DNA from: the human T2T-CHM13v2.0 reference genome, Homo sapiens | Strand: one strand, 5' to 3' | DNA: 64,000 nt | Assembly: GCF_009914755.1 (NCBI RefSeq) | Contig: NC_060930.1 | Part shown: in pieces, positions 1-15,199 of the stretch | Layout: every line of letters begins with the position of its first letter | How positions within the stretch are numbered: position 1 is the first letter of the stretch | Position numbers and translations under genes: made by a program | Notes under the pieces: model-generated | What the model saw: the letters and a program-made list of their open reading frames with translations, nothing else | What the model was told of the DNA's origin: nothing | Database searches by the model: none

Positions 1-3000
1 AGATTGCTGATGATGTGGTTTCTATATCCTAGAGAAACAGCAGGCTCTGGAGTCCCTGGAGAAAGTTGGTCTCTCCCTCCTTTCAGTATAGATTTTCTCT
101 ACCCAACAGAAATCAATTAATCTTTTTATGCCCAAGTTTATGCTTCTATAAACTGGAGAAAACCGTTGCTACCTACACTAAGAAGAATGTTCTGACAAAT
201 AATGAAGTCATGTCTGAAATGCAATATATAACAACAAAGTATCATGATTTTGAGGGGGTTGGAATTAGCTTGTTTTCCATTTTCTAATTAGTCTGTAATA
301 ACTGAAGGACAGTCTAATAATTCTTGACTCCTTTTTCTGGGTTACTCAAGCAGCTCCTAGGAATTCTAAAGTGCACATGTAACACTCTATCTATTGCAAG
401 CTGCTTCATGTATAAACCAATGATATACAAGTAGGGTGCAAGATATTCCGTTAAGAAGAAAATAAGAGGAATTTGCCTCATTTTCAATATTTTCCAAGAT
501 AAGCAATGTGACTTTCCCCTTGATTTGGTTATATTCACTTTCTGTAGTAAATGTTCAAAAGTCATTTATTAGGACAGAGGGAAAATGTGCTGTCACTTTC
601 TCTGAACCAATAAAGAAAACTTTGAAGTTTCCAGCAAAAGAAATTTCATTACAGAGCATTGGTGTTTTGGGAAGCATTATAGTGTTGATATAGCAAATGT
701 TAATTAAGTGACCAGTAACTTAAACAGGATCAATCTAACCTCTTCTTGTCACTGATATTTGTGAGGTACGGTTGTTTATAAAGTACTTTTGGGCTTGGAG
801 TAAAGTACGTTTTCCCATATTATTCAGTAATTCACTGCTTCTGTGCAATCTTCAATTATTTTTAGAGTTTGGGATTTGGAGGAAATGCCTTTACAGTTTT
901 AGTTACATTGCAAATTAAATTCTAATTTATACGAAGCTAACTCAGTCTTTCTTCTTTCCAGGAAATGTAACAGAAAGCTGTAAGGGCATTAGCCACCTTG
1001 AGTCTTTTTATCAAGGTGTGTTCAGATGGGGAAAGGCACCTAATAGAGGTTTAGTAAAGACTGAAGTTTAGTAAAAACTTTATTATCAAAATCTATTTTA
1101 TTATAATTATTTTCTTGCACTTTTCTAATTGACTTCTTTTCAAATGGTTATTTACATACTGCTCTTCCTGCATCATATTTCTCATTTTAAAAAGCTTTTG
1201 CCAAAAGCCTTTTCCCCCTTCTTTGAATAGGAAAAAGATTTTTTGGTTCTTAATTGAAAAGACATTTGCTTTGGCAACTCTCTTTTCTCTTCGATTAACT
1301 GTGAAGCATTCTGAGGTCTGAGAAAGAAGTTTTATCCCTAAGAAGATCAATCCCCAGTTGTTGGTAGTTTAACCCATCTTGGTGGAAAAGACCAGGAGAA
1401 GGGGGGAGAAACAAGGGGTCTTAGGTTTACACTGATAAGAAAAGACTGTAAATATTGAATTATATTGTATGACAGTTAAGGCTGACTTCCGACTTGAAGG
1501 TGAGGGTGGGTAGAATGGAGAACTTCTACATGAAATGAAAGCCTCTGCCTTCATTTTGAAAGAAAGGGAAGGCTATGCATGTTTACCCTGCATTTGCCTG
1601 TAGAATTCAATCATTCCCTGGCATAAGCTCCCCACTAACTTACCAGAAGCCTCCTCACACCCAGACACATATGTTTTCAATTGAAAAGTGCTTACAAAAA
1701 GACCACCTGCCAGCAAAGGGAATGTTTTTTGTCTCCCAGTGGGGTTCTTACAGACAGGACTGAATGTAGTTAAGCAGGAACAGAACTAGAAGCCTAAAAC
1801 CATGATGTTACAGGCTAGCATGCTTATTGAGATTTTCTTTGAAATAGAAAAGGAAAATGTATAAGATACTAAAATGATCATTGTTATTTTGTTTTGTTGG
1901 GACTCCATCAGAACTTTGAATCCTTTCTTCCCCGACACTTCCTTTTCATATTTCTTTGTTCAGTCATGTTTTGTGATATGCTTGAATAGTTTTAACTAAA
2001 TAATAAAGTATTTAAAATAGTTTTAGTTTTTGAGAGGTATGACTTTAAAGCAAATGAAAGGATTTTCCATTGTGAGTGTAGGTGAAAACGAATCCTGTTG
2101 TTTACTCTGTACCTATTATACAGTCACCAAAAGCAGAGGGAATCACACAGGTTGCTGAAGAACTAACAGCTGAATCATTTAAGTATTAAAATTAACCTTG
2201 AGCATCAAATAGCAAACTTCCACACACACAGAGTGAGGTTGTTTGGATGGAAATTGAGGAAGGGGAGAATGAAAGAGGGGAGAAACTGAATATCCTCGAG
2301 TTTAGGAATGGGGTCATTCCTTATTTCTTGTTGCTGCCATTTTCTTTTCACACATACTCAGTCACTCTATGAAGTGTAAACAGATGCTGGGGGACTGAGT
2401 TCTGGGATTTGATAACACTTTTTTTTTCTTTTTTGAATGAAAGAAAAGCCGGATGAGGGAAGCCCGGCCGCAGTATTGGGTGAGATAAAAAAGCTGTAAG
2501 TAAAAGGTTCACACCTATTTTGTTTCATAAAATTAACCTCACAATCAAATAGCTAGAGGAAATGCTTCCTCCTTTGACATTCTTAGAATCCTCTTCCTCC
2601 TCCCCATTGGAGGGCTTTATATTAATCTCACAAGTACAGAGATTGCAAGTAAAACAATTCCATCAGCAGTGATAGCCTTGTGTGGGAAGTCTGAGTGGAC
2701 CGGCCCTCATGCAAACACTGCAGGCACATTCCACAGGGATGAAAGTGATCTCAGACACCCAGCTCCAGTTGACAAAATCTAGGAGTCAGGTGACAAAGTG
2801 GTGACATGGTCAATGATGACAGCCAAGAAGCAGTTCCAAGTTAATATCACATACAGAGACTTGAGCCAGCTTCATTCTGTATCACATTGTTATGTAGCAG
2901 AGACAAACAGCAGTGAGGAAAAAAAAAATTAAAAAATTCATTCCACTAGCCTTCATTGTTGTGTAATGAGATAACAATACAAAGGTTTGCTACCCATGGG

Positions 3001-3329
3001 AGGTCTTTGAGCAATTTACCACCCAGGAACCAAAGTGAACTAGATGAATTCTTCTTAAAACAATAAGCTGAAGGTTCTAACTTGCATGACCTCACCAGGC
3101 AAAAGCGAAGTGAAGAAATAGGAATATAATAAGGAAATAGATACATTTCCTATGGTATCTTTCTCATGACATTTTTCTCTTGAGAATTCATGGGCTAGCA
3201 CTGTTTTACAATAACCTGCTTTAGAAATAGCATGAGAGAAGCATATGCAATCCATGTTTAATGAACTGAGAGTAGTCTTTTGGTTAAATGATGTATTAAA
3301 TCCCTGCCAAGGCAACCCCTGGTCTATGA

Positions 3330-4429
<1,100 letters not shown>

Positions 4430-4928
4430 TATCTATTTTACTTACAGGCAGTAGCTCAGAACTACACATCTCAGCCAAATTTTCTTCTTATGTTACATGT
4501 TTCCAGTTTTAGAATGAAAGCAAAATGTCTCAATGGGAGAGAAAATCTATTACCTTGTTCAGAATACTCATAGAGCATGGCAGAAAAAAAAAATCACTTT
4601 TTTTCTCATTTTCATGACGTTAAGACCTTGAATTTGATCTTTCTACCTGTCACCTAGTCTTTTTGTTCCTGCCCTTCCCTCCCAACATCTCTCTCTTGCT
4701 CCCTCCTTCCTTGCTTCCTTCCTTCCCTTGACAAAAATTCACAGACAACCATTTACTCTGTACCAGGTAGTTCTGCTAGGTTCCACCGGTGCCAGAAACA
4801 TCACCTAAGAAGAATAAAAGTTTTCTCTTTTACATTTTACTTCTGAAAATTTGAATTTTATCCTAAAAAGTATAAATCACTTTTCAAAGATATTCCAGAG
4901 AATTTTATAAAAAATATTTATTTTAAAA

Positions 4929-5152
4929 CAGAGGTCAGCAAACTTTTTTTTTGTAAAGGGCCAGACAGGAAATATTTTAGGCTTTGTGGGTCGTATGGTC
5001 TCTGTTGCAACTGCTCAAGTTTGCCACTGTAGAACTAAAGCAGCCGTGGATGATACCTAAACAAACGGGTGTGACTGTGTTCCAAAAAATTTTATTTACA
5101 GAAACAGGTAGTAGGCTAGATTTGGCCCATGAACTGTAGTTTGCTTACCCTG
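4929..5152 (+). mobile_element. MER58A (hAT-Charlie) element
   Basis: CAGAGGTCAGCAAAC...GTTTGCTTACCCTG termini, about 224 bp, degenerate 8-bp TSD TTTTAAAA/ATCTAAAA. Confidence 0.85.
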
Positions 5153-5559
5153 ATCTAAAATATTGAAACAAAGCCCACTAGTCCAGACAAGTGCAGTCCA
5201 GCTATTAGTGCCAATAGCATCATGCATGAGCCATAGTAAGCATTAAATTACATATCAGAGTACATTGATCTTAAGCAGACTATTAACTATCTCAGGGCTT
5301 CAGTCTCTTTATTTACAAATTCATAAAGAAGCCTAATTAGATATTTTGAGTGTTTTTCTAACTATAAACTTTGGTTATGTCTTATATATACAACCAGACT
5401 TCACAAGAATAGAAGCTGCTTGCTACAATTTGCTGAGCAATGTATGTAGAGAGCAGGTATCTCTTGTCACTGATAAGACATGAAGGGTGGAAATTGGTCA
5501 CTCGAGTAAAAATTATAAATTATGTTAAACAAATAATAAAAGGTAAATCACACTTCATA

Positions 5560-5790
5560 AAAATTTTATGTACATTTCCTCCTGATTCTCATTACAACTA
5601 TGGTCCTCATTACAACTGCATTAGATAGCAAGAATAGTTACTATTTCCCTTGTCTTTCAGATAAGAAAGTAAGAGATTAGAGAAATTACATGAGTTACCT
5701 ATTTTTCAACATTTAATGCCTAGCTGGGCAGAATGTGAATGCCAGCCAAGTCTTAATTTAGAGCTCTTCAAACCATGACAGCCTCCTTCC
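5560..5790 (-). mobile_element. MIR fragment
   Basis: Antisense core resembling TTTCAGATAAGAAAGTAAGAGATTAGAGA; boundaries approximate. Confidence 0.55.
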
Positions 5791-5811
5791 AAATTACATA
5801 CTTTTGAATTA

Positions 5812-6228
<417 letters not shown>

Positions 6229-6371
6229 CTACCACCAACAGAAAAAAAAAAAATCAGTTGAAGAAACTATGTACAGTGCCTGTAGATGACACCAAAATAC
6301 AAATCTCAAACCCTTAAGTGTATGAGGAGTTCAGGCCAAGCCGAGCTCTTCTGTTCTGCCCATGTTTACAA

Positions 6372-6768
6372 AGACATGCCATTTTTACTTTCTAGGAAAA
6401 AGTATAATGATCAAACTAATAATGTCTTTCTAATTAACTTCTTTAAAAATAAAAATACATTTACAAGCGGGTCACTTTAAAGATTGTGTTTTTCTCTTAT
6501 TAAAGTTGAAGGTTTAGTCATTCCAGATGACAACAGAAATATTAATTATTTTTAAAAACTTTTTGCTGAGACATACCATTTTTACTTTCTAGGAAAAAGT
6601 ATAGTGATCAAACTATTAATGTCTTTCTAATTAACTTCTTTCAAAATAAAAATACATTTACAAGCTGGTCACTTTAAAGATTGTGTTTTTCCCTTATTAA
6701 AGTTGAAGGTTTAGTCATTCCAGATGACAACAAAAATATTAATTATTTTTAAAAACTGTTTTTGCTGA
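6372..6768. repeat. Tandem duplication, 2 x ~197 bp, about 96% identical
   Basis: 6372-6568 vs 6569-6768 aligned by eye: 7 substitutions and one 2-bp indel. Confidence 0.97.
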
Positions 6769-7616
6769 TTTAGTTTTCACTTTTTTTCATGTTTTTCACA
6801 CTCCATCTGGTTTTATATATTCTGTATCCTTTTCCTTTTTGCCAAGTTGAAAAAAATGCACATGCATCAGTCTGCATCTTCAAAGCATTTTACAAACACT
6901 GCCAAATTGAAATTCTTTAGTGGTTAAAATGTTTTTCTCATGAGCTTCTAAAATACCTCAGTAAATGGTTTTTCTTTTGTTACCCAAAAAATTTTAGTTC
7001 TCTATTTAGACAAATATTGTCTGTATTTAATTTAGCACTTATTAGAACATACGTATAGTCAAAGCTTTTAAGGAAAAATATGTTAAGAAATAGGGAATCC
7101 TTCCTTTGTTTTCATTTTCTCATTAAGTTCAACATTGATTTAGGTGTCAAGCACGGTGCACAATGTATCCTAATATGAAGACAATGAAGTGAGCATGCCT
7201 TTAGGAACCCATGATTGTTGAGGGAGACAGATATGACTACACCATTTTATTACAGTAGGCTGTGGTGAGGGCCAGGATGAGAGAACAACGATGACATTGA
7301 CAATGATGGTGACACTGACGATGATGACAACGACAATAATGGCAGGGGCAACAGCTAATACTAAGTCCTTATTGTATAGAAGGCGTTTTTTAAAAGCTTG
7401 CACACAATTAACGCAGTTAATATAGCCAACTGTGAAAGTTATGGTAGGATATTAAAATTTACTTTCAATTGCTTGATTAGTATTCAGCCAAGTTTGACTT
7501 TTAAAGACTCTCAATCATTTGTCTTTCCTTGCCTCATGCAGTGGTTTTATCAGCTACCTTTATGGCATAGTTTTCATTCCCCTCTCGCTTTTGATTTTGT
7601 AGTCTGCAAAAGCCCC

Positions 7617-7670
7617 TGTTATGGGCTGAACAGTGCCTCCTCAAAACTCACATGTTGAAGTCTTAATATT
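7617..7670 (+). mobile_element. MaLR LTR 5' fragment (MLT1/MST-like)
   Basis: TGTTATGGGCTGAACAGTGCCTCCTCAAAACTCACATGTTGAAGTC resembles a MaLR LTR start. Confidence 0.65.
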
Positions 7671-7685
7671 TGAGGTTGTATCCAC

Positions 7686-8009
<324 letters not shown>

Positions 8010-8919
8010 TAGCTATATGTGTAGCTCAGGCTGAAAAAGTTAATATTTTGGAAAGAGTATGTAGTCTCAAAAATTACATACATTATTTTTTGAATTATTT
8101 TTAAATCCTGAGAGCTCATAGGGAAAACAAGAACTATTACTGTTTTCTATTAGCTTGTGCTGGTCTAATAGAGCTTTAAATTAAAAATTCTCATAACCTA
8201 GATTCTGAGATTCAGGCCTAAAAATGCAGAATGACTATTTGGGATTTAGAGACTTCAGGGATGACAAATATTAAAAAATAATATTAAATCACTTATTTAT
8301 TTTTTCTATATTAAATACCCCTTTTCTCTATGACCATTACTCCTTCTCCTGGCTCTTCTCTAGCACGGGTCCTGCCTCCTACTTTTGCTTCCCAAACCTT
8401 TGTTTGCCACAAAATACTACAAGTCACTAACCCGACCTAATAAGTAACACTTTTTTGTGCCACTGCCTTTACTCACCTGGGACATCTTAGCTGGGTTCCC
8501 TTTTTCTCCTTTTCCTAATGCTCCTGGAGAATACATTTTCAATTATTATTAATTTAAAAATCTTTTTGAACTGAAATAGACTTCAGAAAAGTACATACAT
8601 ATGAAATTTATTTTTGAAATTCTTTACTTAATCTAGATTTACAAATGCATTACTTTGAAGTTTGTTATTCTCCTATAATTTTTTAGTCTTGTTATTATTT
8701 CCCATTTCATTTGTAACAACTATTTGTAGCTTTTTATCTTGAATATACTTGCTAAAGTGTCTTCTTAATCTTTCAAAACACCGGTTTTTGCTTTTATTTG
8801 TCGGTTTTTTACTTTTTGTCCTGTGGTTTGTTGGTTTATGCTTTTATTTATATTATCTTTTTATTTTCTTTTGTCTATTTTATTTTCCCGGGATCCTGTG
8901 TTCAGAGCGTAGATCACTT

Positions 8920-9490
8920 ATTTTTCATCTTCTTTTCAAACGGATACATCTAAGTTCATACATTTTTTTTCTCAGACTTGCCTCAGCCCTACCCTCAAGT
9001 TTTGTTATATAGCATTTTATTTTGTTATTCAGATCCAGATAGTTTACCGGTTTCATTTTGATTTTTGCTTTAACCTAATAATTATTTGGAATTGTGTGTG
9101 TTCATGCATGTGTGTGTGTGTGTGCGTCTTTAATTTTCTTGTATGTGTGGTTTTTTTAGTGGAATTTCTTGTAATTGTCGACAAGTAATTGCAGCCTGTA
9201 TACTATCACCTTTATGGAATTTGCTGACATTTCCAATGTGGTATAGCACATGGTAAATTTTTGTGGCTGTAATCTGTGTGTTTGAAAATGATATGTAGTC
9301 TTAAGTGTATGGTAGACATTTTTGTATAGCTACTCAGTCAGGCTTGTTAAGTGCATTACACAACTCCTCCATATCCCTCCTTATTAGTTGGTGGTTACTT
9401 GGTTGGTTTCTGAGAGGGATGTTCAGCCTCTCACTGTGATTACGAATTTGTCCATTTTGCTTTGTAGGGCTATCAGTATTTGCTTTTTAT
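8920..9490 (-). mobile_element. Ancient L1 (L1M/L1ME-type) fragment
   Basis: T-rich antisense L1 ORF2-like text (TTTCTGAGAGGGATGTT...CTCACTGTGATTACGAATTTGTCCATTT); boundaries approximate. Confidence 0.55.
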
Positions 9491-9925
9491 ATTCCCCTCT
9501 GTGGTACCCCAGTTAATCATCTTCCTTGTCTCACTGGGCCCTGTGGTCCCGGGTGTCTACTACTGAGGCTGTGAAGAAGCCTAGTTACTTCTCAGCTTCC
9601 ACAGCTAAACTTTCTCTTGCACATTTTGTGTCCTTTGTTCTCTTTTTAATTTGAACTCTGCTTTTAGGATTTCTTTTAATGTCTAGTCCTCTGATAATTC
9701 TCCTTCTTGTTTTTGAGCATTGAACATTTAAAATGTTTAAATTATTCTAAAGTAACTTCTACATGAATTTGATAGAAGAGGCTGAGGAGAGGCTAAAGCA
9801 TATGCTCATTTCAAGCATTTCAAGATTAAACTTGAGTTATTCTAAGACACCTTTAATGGTCTTTCTCTTAAACTCTCCAGATTCTCCTTTTATCATGCCA
9901 CCTCTTGCCCTGACTTTACAACCTA

Positions 9926-10323
9926 TGTGTGCCCCTTTCGCATTGTTATAAAGGAACTACCTGAGATTGGGTAATTTATAAGGAAAGGAGGTTTATTTAG
10001 TTCAGAATTCTACAGACTATACAAGAAGCATGGCTCTGACATCTGCTTCTGTTGTGGGCCTCAGGAAGCTCCCAGTCATGGTGAAGTGGTAAGGGGAAGA
10101 GGCTCAGATGAGAGAGGAGGAGGGTACCAGGCTCTTTTTAACAATCAGTTCTCCCATGGAATAACACAGTGAGAACTCACTTATAACCACAAGAAAGGTA
10201 CTAAGCCGTTCATGAAGGATTTCCCCCATGACCCAAACACCTCTGACTCTAGGCTCCACCTCTAACATTGAGGATCAAATTTCAGCACAAGATTTGGATT
10301 TGGAGGAGGCAAAGTGTATCACA
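9926..10323 (-). mobile_element. MST-type MaLR solo LTR
   Basis: TTGTTATAAAGGAACTACCTGAGATTGGGTAATTTATAAGG...GGCCTCAGGAAGCT...GAGAACTCAC match the antisense MST consensus. Confidence 0.8.
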
Positions 10324-10526
10324 ACCCCACCAATCTTGTTTCAGTTTCTCAATGCAGAAAGATCTGTCCTGACACAAGACTTTTACATATCAGAATTCTC
10401 TGCCTGGAATTGCCATTTTCCCCATGATTGACCTGATAACCATATTTATCCTTGAGAAATGAGATAAAATGTCACTTACTTAGACCCATCTTCGGCAATC
10501 TAATATAAATCAGGCCGTTCAATTCT

Positions 10527-12099
10527 TTTTTTATTCTTTTTTTTAACTTTTATTTTAGGCTCAAGGGTATATATATACAGGTTTGTTATATAGGTAAATT
10601 GCATGCTGCAGGAGTTTGGTGTATTAGTCTGTTTTCACACTGCTGTAAATAAATACCCAAGACTGGGTAATTGATAAACACAAAAAGTTTAATTGACTCA
10701 CTGTTCTGCATGGCTGGGAGGCCTCAGGGAGGCTTACAATCATGGCAGAAGGAGAAGCAGTCAAGGTGGCAGGAGAAACAGAGAGAAGCCCAGGGGAAAC
10801 TTGCTGTTTATAAAGCCAACAGATCTCGTGAGAACTCCCTCACTATGATGAGAGCATGGGGGAACCACCCCCATGATCCAGTCACCTCCCACCCACCAGG
10901 TCTGTCCCTCAACAGGTGGGTGGGACAGGCGTTGAATTATAATTCAAGATGAGACTTGGGTGGGGGCACAAAGCCTAAACATATCATTCGATATACAGAT
11001 TATTTCATCACCCAGGTAAGGATGTCTATTTTTCCCTTCTTTGTGTCCGTATGTACTCAGTGTTTTAGCTCCACTTATAAGTGATAATATGCAGTATTTG
11101 GTTTTCTGTTTCTGCATTAATTTGCTTAGGAAAATGGCTTCCAGCTCCATCTATGTTGCTGCAAAAGACATGATCTTATTCTTTTTATGGCTTCATAGTA
11201 TTCCATGGTGTATGTGTATCACATTTTCTTTATCCAGTCTACCATTGATGGAGATTTAGGTTGATTCCATGTCTTTGCTATTATGAATAGAGCTGCAGTG
11301 AACATACACGTGCATGTGTCTTTATGGTAGAACAATTTATATTTCTTTGGGTATAATACCCAACAATGGGATTGCTAGGTCAAATGGTACTTTCGCTTTA
11401 AGTTCTTTGAGAAATTGCCAAACTGCCTTTCACAATGGCTGAACTAATTTACATTTCCCCCAGCAGTATATAAGCATTTCCTTTTATTCACAACATTACC
11501 AGCATCTGTTTTTTGGGGTTTTTTTATTTTTTTATTTTTATTTTTATTTTATTTTTGTTTTTAATGATAGCCACTCTGACTGGTGTGAGGTGGTATCTCA
11601 CTGTGGTTTTGGTTTGCATTTCTCTAATGATTAGTGATGTGGAGCATATTTTTTCATATGCTTGTTTACCACATGTATGCCTTCTGTTGAAAACTGTTCA
11701 TGTCTTTTGTTCACATTTTAATGGTGTTGTTTGTTTGTTTCTTGAATATTTGTTTAAATTCCTTAGAGATTCTGGATATTAGACCTTTTCTGGATGCACA
11801 GTTTGCAAAAATCTTCTCCCATTCTGTAGGTTGTCTGTTTACTCTGTTGATAGTTTCTTTTACTGTGCAAAGGTCTCTAGTTTAATTACGTCCCATTTGT
11901 CAACTCTTATTTTTGTTGCAATTGCTTTTGGTGTCTTCATCATAAAATCTTTGCTAGTCCTATGGCCAGAATGATGTTTTCTAGGTTATCTTCCAGTGTT
12001 TTCGTAGTTTTAGGTTTTACGTTTAAGTCTTTAATTCATCTTGAGTTGATTTTTGTATATGATATAAGGAAGGGGTCCAGTTTCAATCTTCCACATATG
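10527..12099 (-). mobile_element. 5'-truncated L1 (L1PA15/16-like), interrupted by an LTR
   Basis: Antisense L1 3' UTR and ORF2 end; 16-bp TSD CAGGCCGTTCAATTCT (10511-10526) / CAGGCCTTTCAATTCT (12100-12115). Confidence 0.9.
10620..10986 (-). mobile_element. THE1D/MSTA-like solo LTR inserted in the L1
   Basis: TGTATTAGTCTGTTTTCACACTGCT...GCCTAAACATATCA, about 367 bp; L1 sequence resumes afterwards. Confidence 0.9.
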
Positions 12100-12179
12100 C
12101 AGGCCTTTCAATTCTAGTTTCTTGCAGTACCTGTACTTTATTTCAGTTTAGCATATTTCATATACCTAATTAATTATTC

Positions 12180-12660
12180 ACTAATTTATTCTTTCTTCCA
12201 AATTTAGTTTCAGATTCAAATTGGTCAGAGACTATGTCTATTTGTTCTTCAATGTATTCTTATTGCCAAGACATTACTGGAAATATGTAGGTATTTAAAG
12301 AATATCTGTTAAATGAATAAATAAATACCAGCCCCAAATAGTTGCACACTTTGGGTAGGGGTTAGGAAGATCACAGGAACTAGTATCAAGCTAAAATTCC
12401 ATATAGACACGACACGTTGATTTTAAGGAGATATATCTAGTCTGAGAATTTAGGAAAATCATAATAGCTACAAGTGCAAGACATTTTGTATTTATTACAG
12501 CTAATCTTTACATTAACATTGAAATTTACAGATAAGTTGAGGATTAGGGAAATCAAGTAACTTACACAAGATCAAGTTATTTATAATAGCAGACCTGGGA
12601 TTCAAAACCAGATATGCTTGTTTCCAAAGCTTTTCCTTTCTTTACACTTCTACCCTTTCC
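12180..12660. mobile_element. L2 3' end (+) followed by MIR (-) fragments
   Basis: ...GTAGGTATTTAAAGAATATCTGTTAAATGAATAAA (L2 tail); TTTACAGATAAGTTGAGG...AAGTAACTTACACAAGATCA (MIR core). Confidence 0.55.
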
Positions 12661-13086
12661 ACCACTATGCAATATTTGATATCTAAGAAGTATTACTAAT
12701 TTTATTTTGGAGGCAATTTATTTTAAGAAAACCAAAATGACATTTTCAGCTTTGGAATTCATCTAAACTGAGACAAATACAAAAATCTAGCTACTAATAT
12801 AGATTTAAAAAATTATTTGTACAACTGAAGAAATATTGAAAGATATCACTTTGCACTAAGTTGTTAGTTTCTGTGGACTTCTCTAACAAATTTTATTGAG
12901 TTCAATTTACCAAAGTAAATAAGCATGACCATAAGAATTGATGGAGATATGTGAGAACCGCTGTTTATTTCTTCATTAAGGCTGCGTAGATGAGCTCCAT
13001 TTAATACCAAGTCTAGTTCTTCTGTACATTAAGATAGCAACTCAAGTCAGTTTGGGCCATCCAATTCTTCCACATAAAGTTGGCTA

Positions 13087-13126
13087 AAACATCTGGATGA
13101 TTGATCAAACATCTGGATGATTGATT
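13087..13126. repeat. 20-bp tandem duplication
   Basis: AAACATCTGGATGATTGAT(C/T) x2. Confidence 0.9.
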
Positions 13127-13733
13127 AAATATGTGACTGAACTGATGGAACACTTGGGCATCATAAAAACAAACCAAGAGCTATTTTTGCCTGACTCTAA
13201 GAAATGGGAAAATAAATACTTCTCTTCAAGACTTTTCTTCACCTGGCTAATAATCTAAATGTGGCTCCTAAGAAGATGAACATTGTGTGTGTTTTATATT
13301 CCTCTCATCTCTAGAGGGGTTTTGTTTATTTAGTTTCTGTGGCTGAATGTTAAAACAAAATGAAAAGAACAAATTGGAAAGAGTTTTACAAAAATAATAG
13401 GTTCACCCCACCCTTATTACAACATTAATTTATTTAGCCAGTTTTTTAAATAAGTAGTTTTGCAATAAAAGCAATAAATAAAAGATATAAAAACCTAGAA
13501 TTTCCCAGATTATAAAAATTCAGAAAGAAAAACTTGAGTAATACTTAATATATCAACATGAAATATAGCTACATAAGAAAATGTTAAATGATAAACCCAA
13601 GAAAGTAATGAATAAAAGAAGAGAGAAACTGAATATAATACCTTTGAAAGAGTGTCATGTGAAATCCAACAATAATAGCTCAGTTACTACAATGATACAC
13701 ACTGACAAAAAGCTCAAAACATAGTAATTATTA

Positions 13734-14071
<338 letters not shown>

Positions 14072-15199
14072 TTATACTTTCTCGAATTACTGATTTTGAA
14101 AATTTATTTTATTTACTTTTTTCCATTTTTATTCACTTTTAAATATGTTCATTTCCAGCATAAAGAATGCTGCTGTCTCTCCTCTATGTGGCCCATACAT
14201 GAAAAGTGTCTATTGGATTTGTTGGAAACAAATAAAGATAAGTGTAAAATGGCAATTAAGAACATAGGTCTGGAGCCATATTACGTTTCCTTCTAAATCA
14301 CATGTGCAAAAGAGTCACAACCAGTGCATATAAAATTGCCTCTAATTTCTATTTGTATGACTGCAGTAAAGTTATTTAATCTATCTGTGTCTCTATTTGC
14401 TTCATTGGCTAATAACAATAAAAATAATGATAACCCTTGTTCAGTTGCAGTGTACCAAAGTAAGAAAGAAAATTTAAAAAAAAAATAAACCAACAAGGTC
14501 ATTTTGAGAATAAGATTGATCATATACACAAAGCAATAGTACTTGATGTAGAAAAAAATGCTCAAAGCCATCAAGAAGAAAATTTACTGGTATATTTCTA
14601 GCATTAGCTATATAAACAGTATTCTATAATTATTTGTTTATATTTGTTTAATGAGCAGTCTAGTGTCCATCTTTTTCACAGAAAAATGCATAGAAAACAA
14701 TTACACAAACTACTATAGGCAAGGAGAGTGCAAAGGATAAAGTACAGGGAAAATTAGGCTTTTTTTTTTAGTGCAAAGGGGATATAACAGACACTCATCT
14801 TTTGTCACATGCTTCCTTGAACATTTTACAAACTCTTTTTTACAGCCTTGAAATCTTGTTTTGACTCCCCATTCTCTATGTCACAAACCACAAAGGTCAC
14901 TAATAATTAACCCCTTTTCAGGTTTCATCTTCAACATGCTCCCTCCCACAGCACATGACAACGTAGAGCAATCCCTGTCTCTCTCCCCTTTCCATTTGCC
15001 TTAAATAATATGACAGTGTGTTGATTTTTTGTTTTCTTCATTTTCCTCCCAGTCTTCTTTGTTCTTTGATGTATTTTTTTCTTTATGTTGCATGCCTTTT
15101 CTTGGACATACTCCAAGACTTTGTATACTAGATAAATGAGATACCATATATGAAACATCAAACCCAGTGTCTGATATATAAGGGATCAAAACATTTAAG

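Noticed and set aside
962-990. NVTESCK resembles an IL-15 segment
   Set aside because: Match is only a few residues, the rest diverges and no other exons of that gene are visible; coincidence
11041-11885. Hydrophobic ORFs resembling membrane peptides
   Set aside because: Antisense, T-rich L1 sequence
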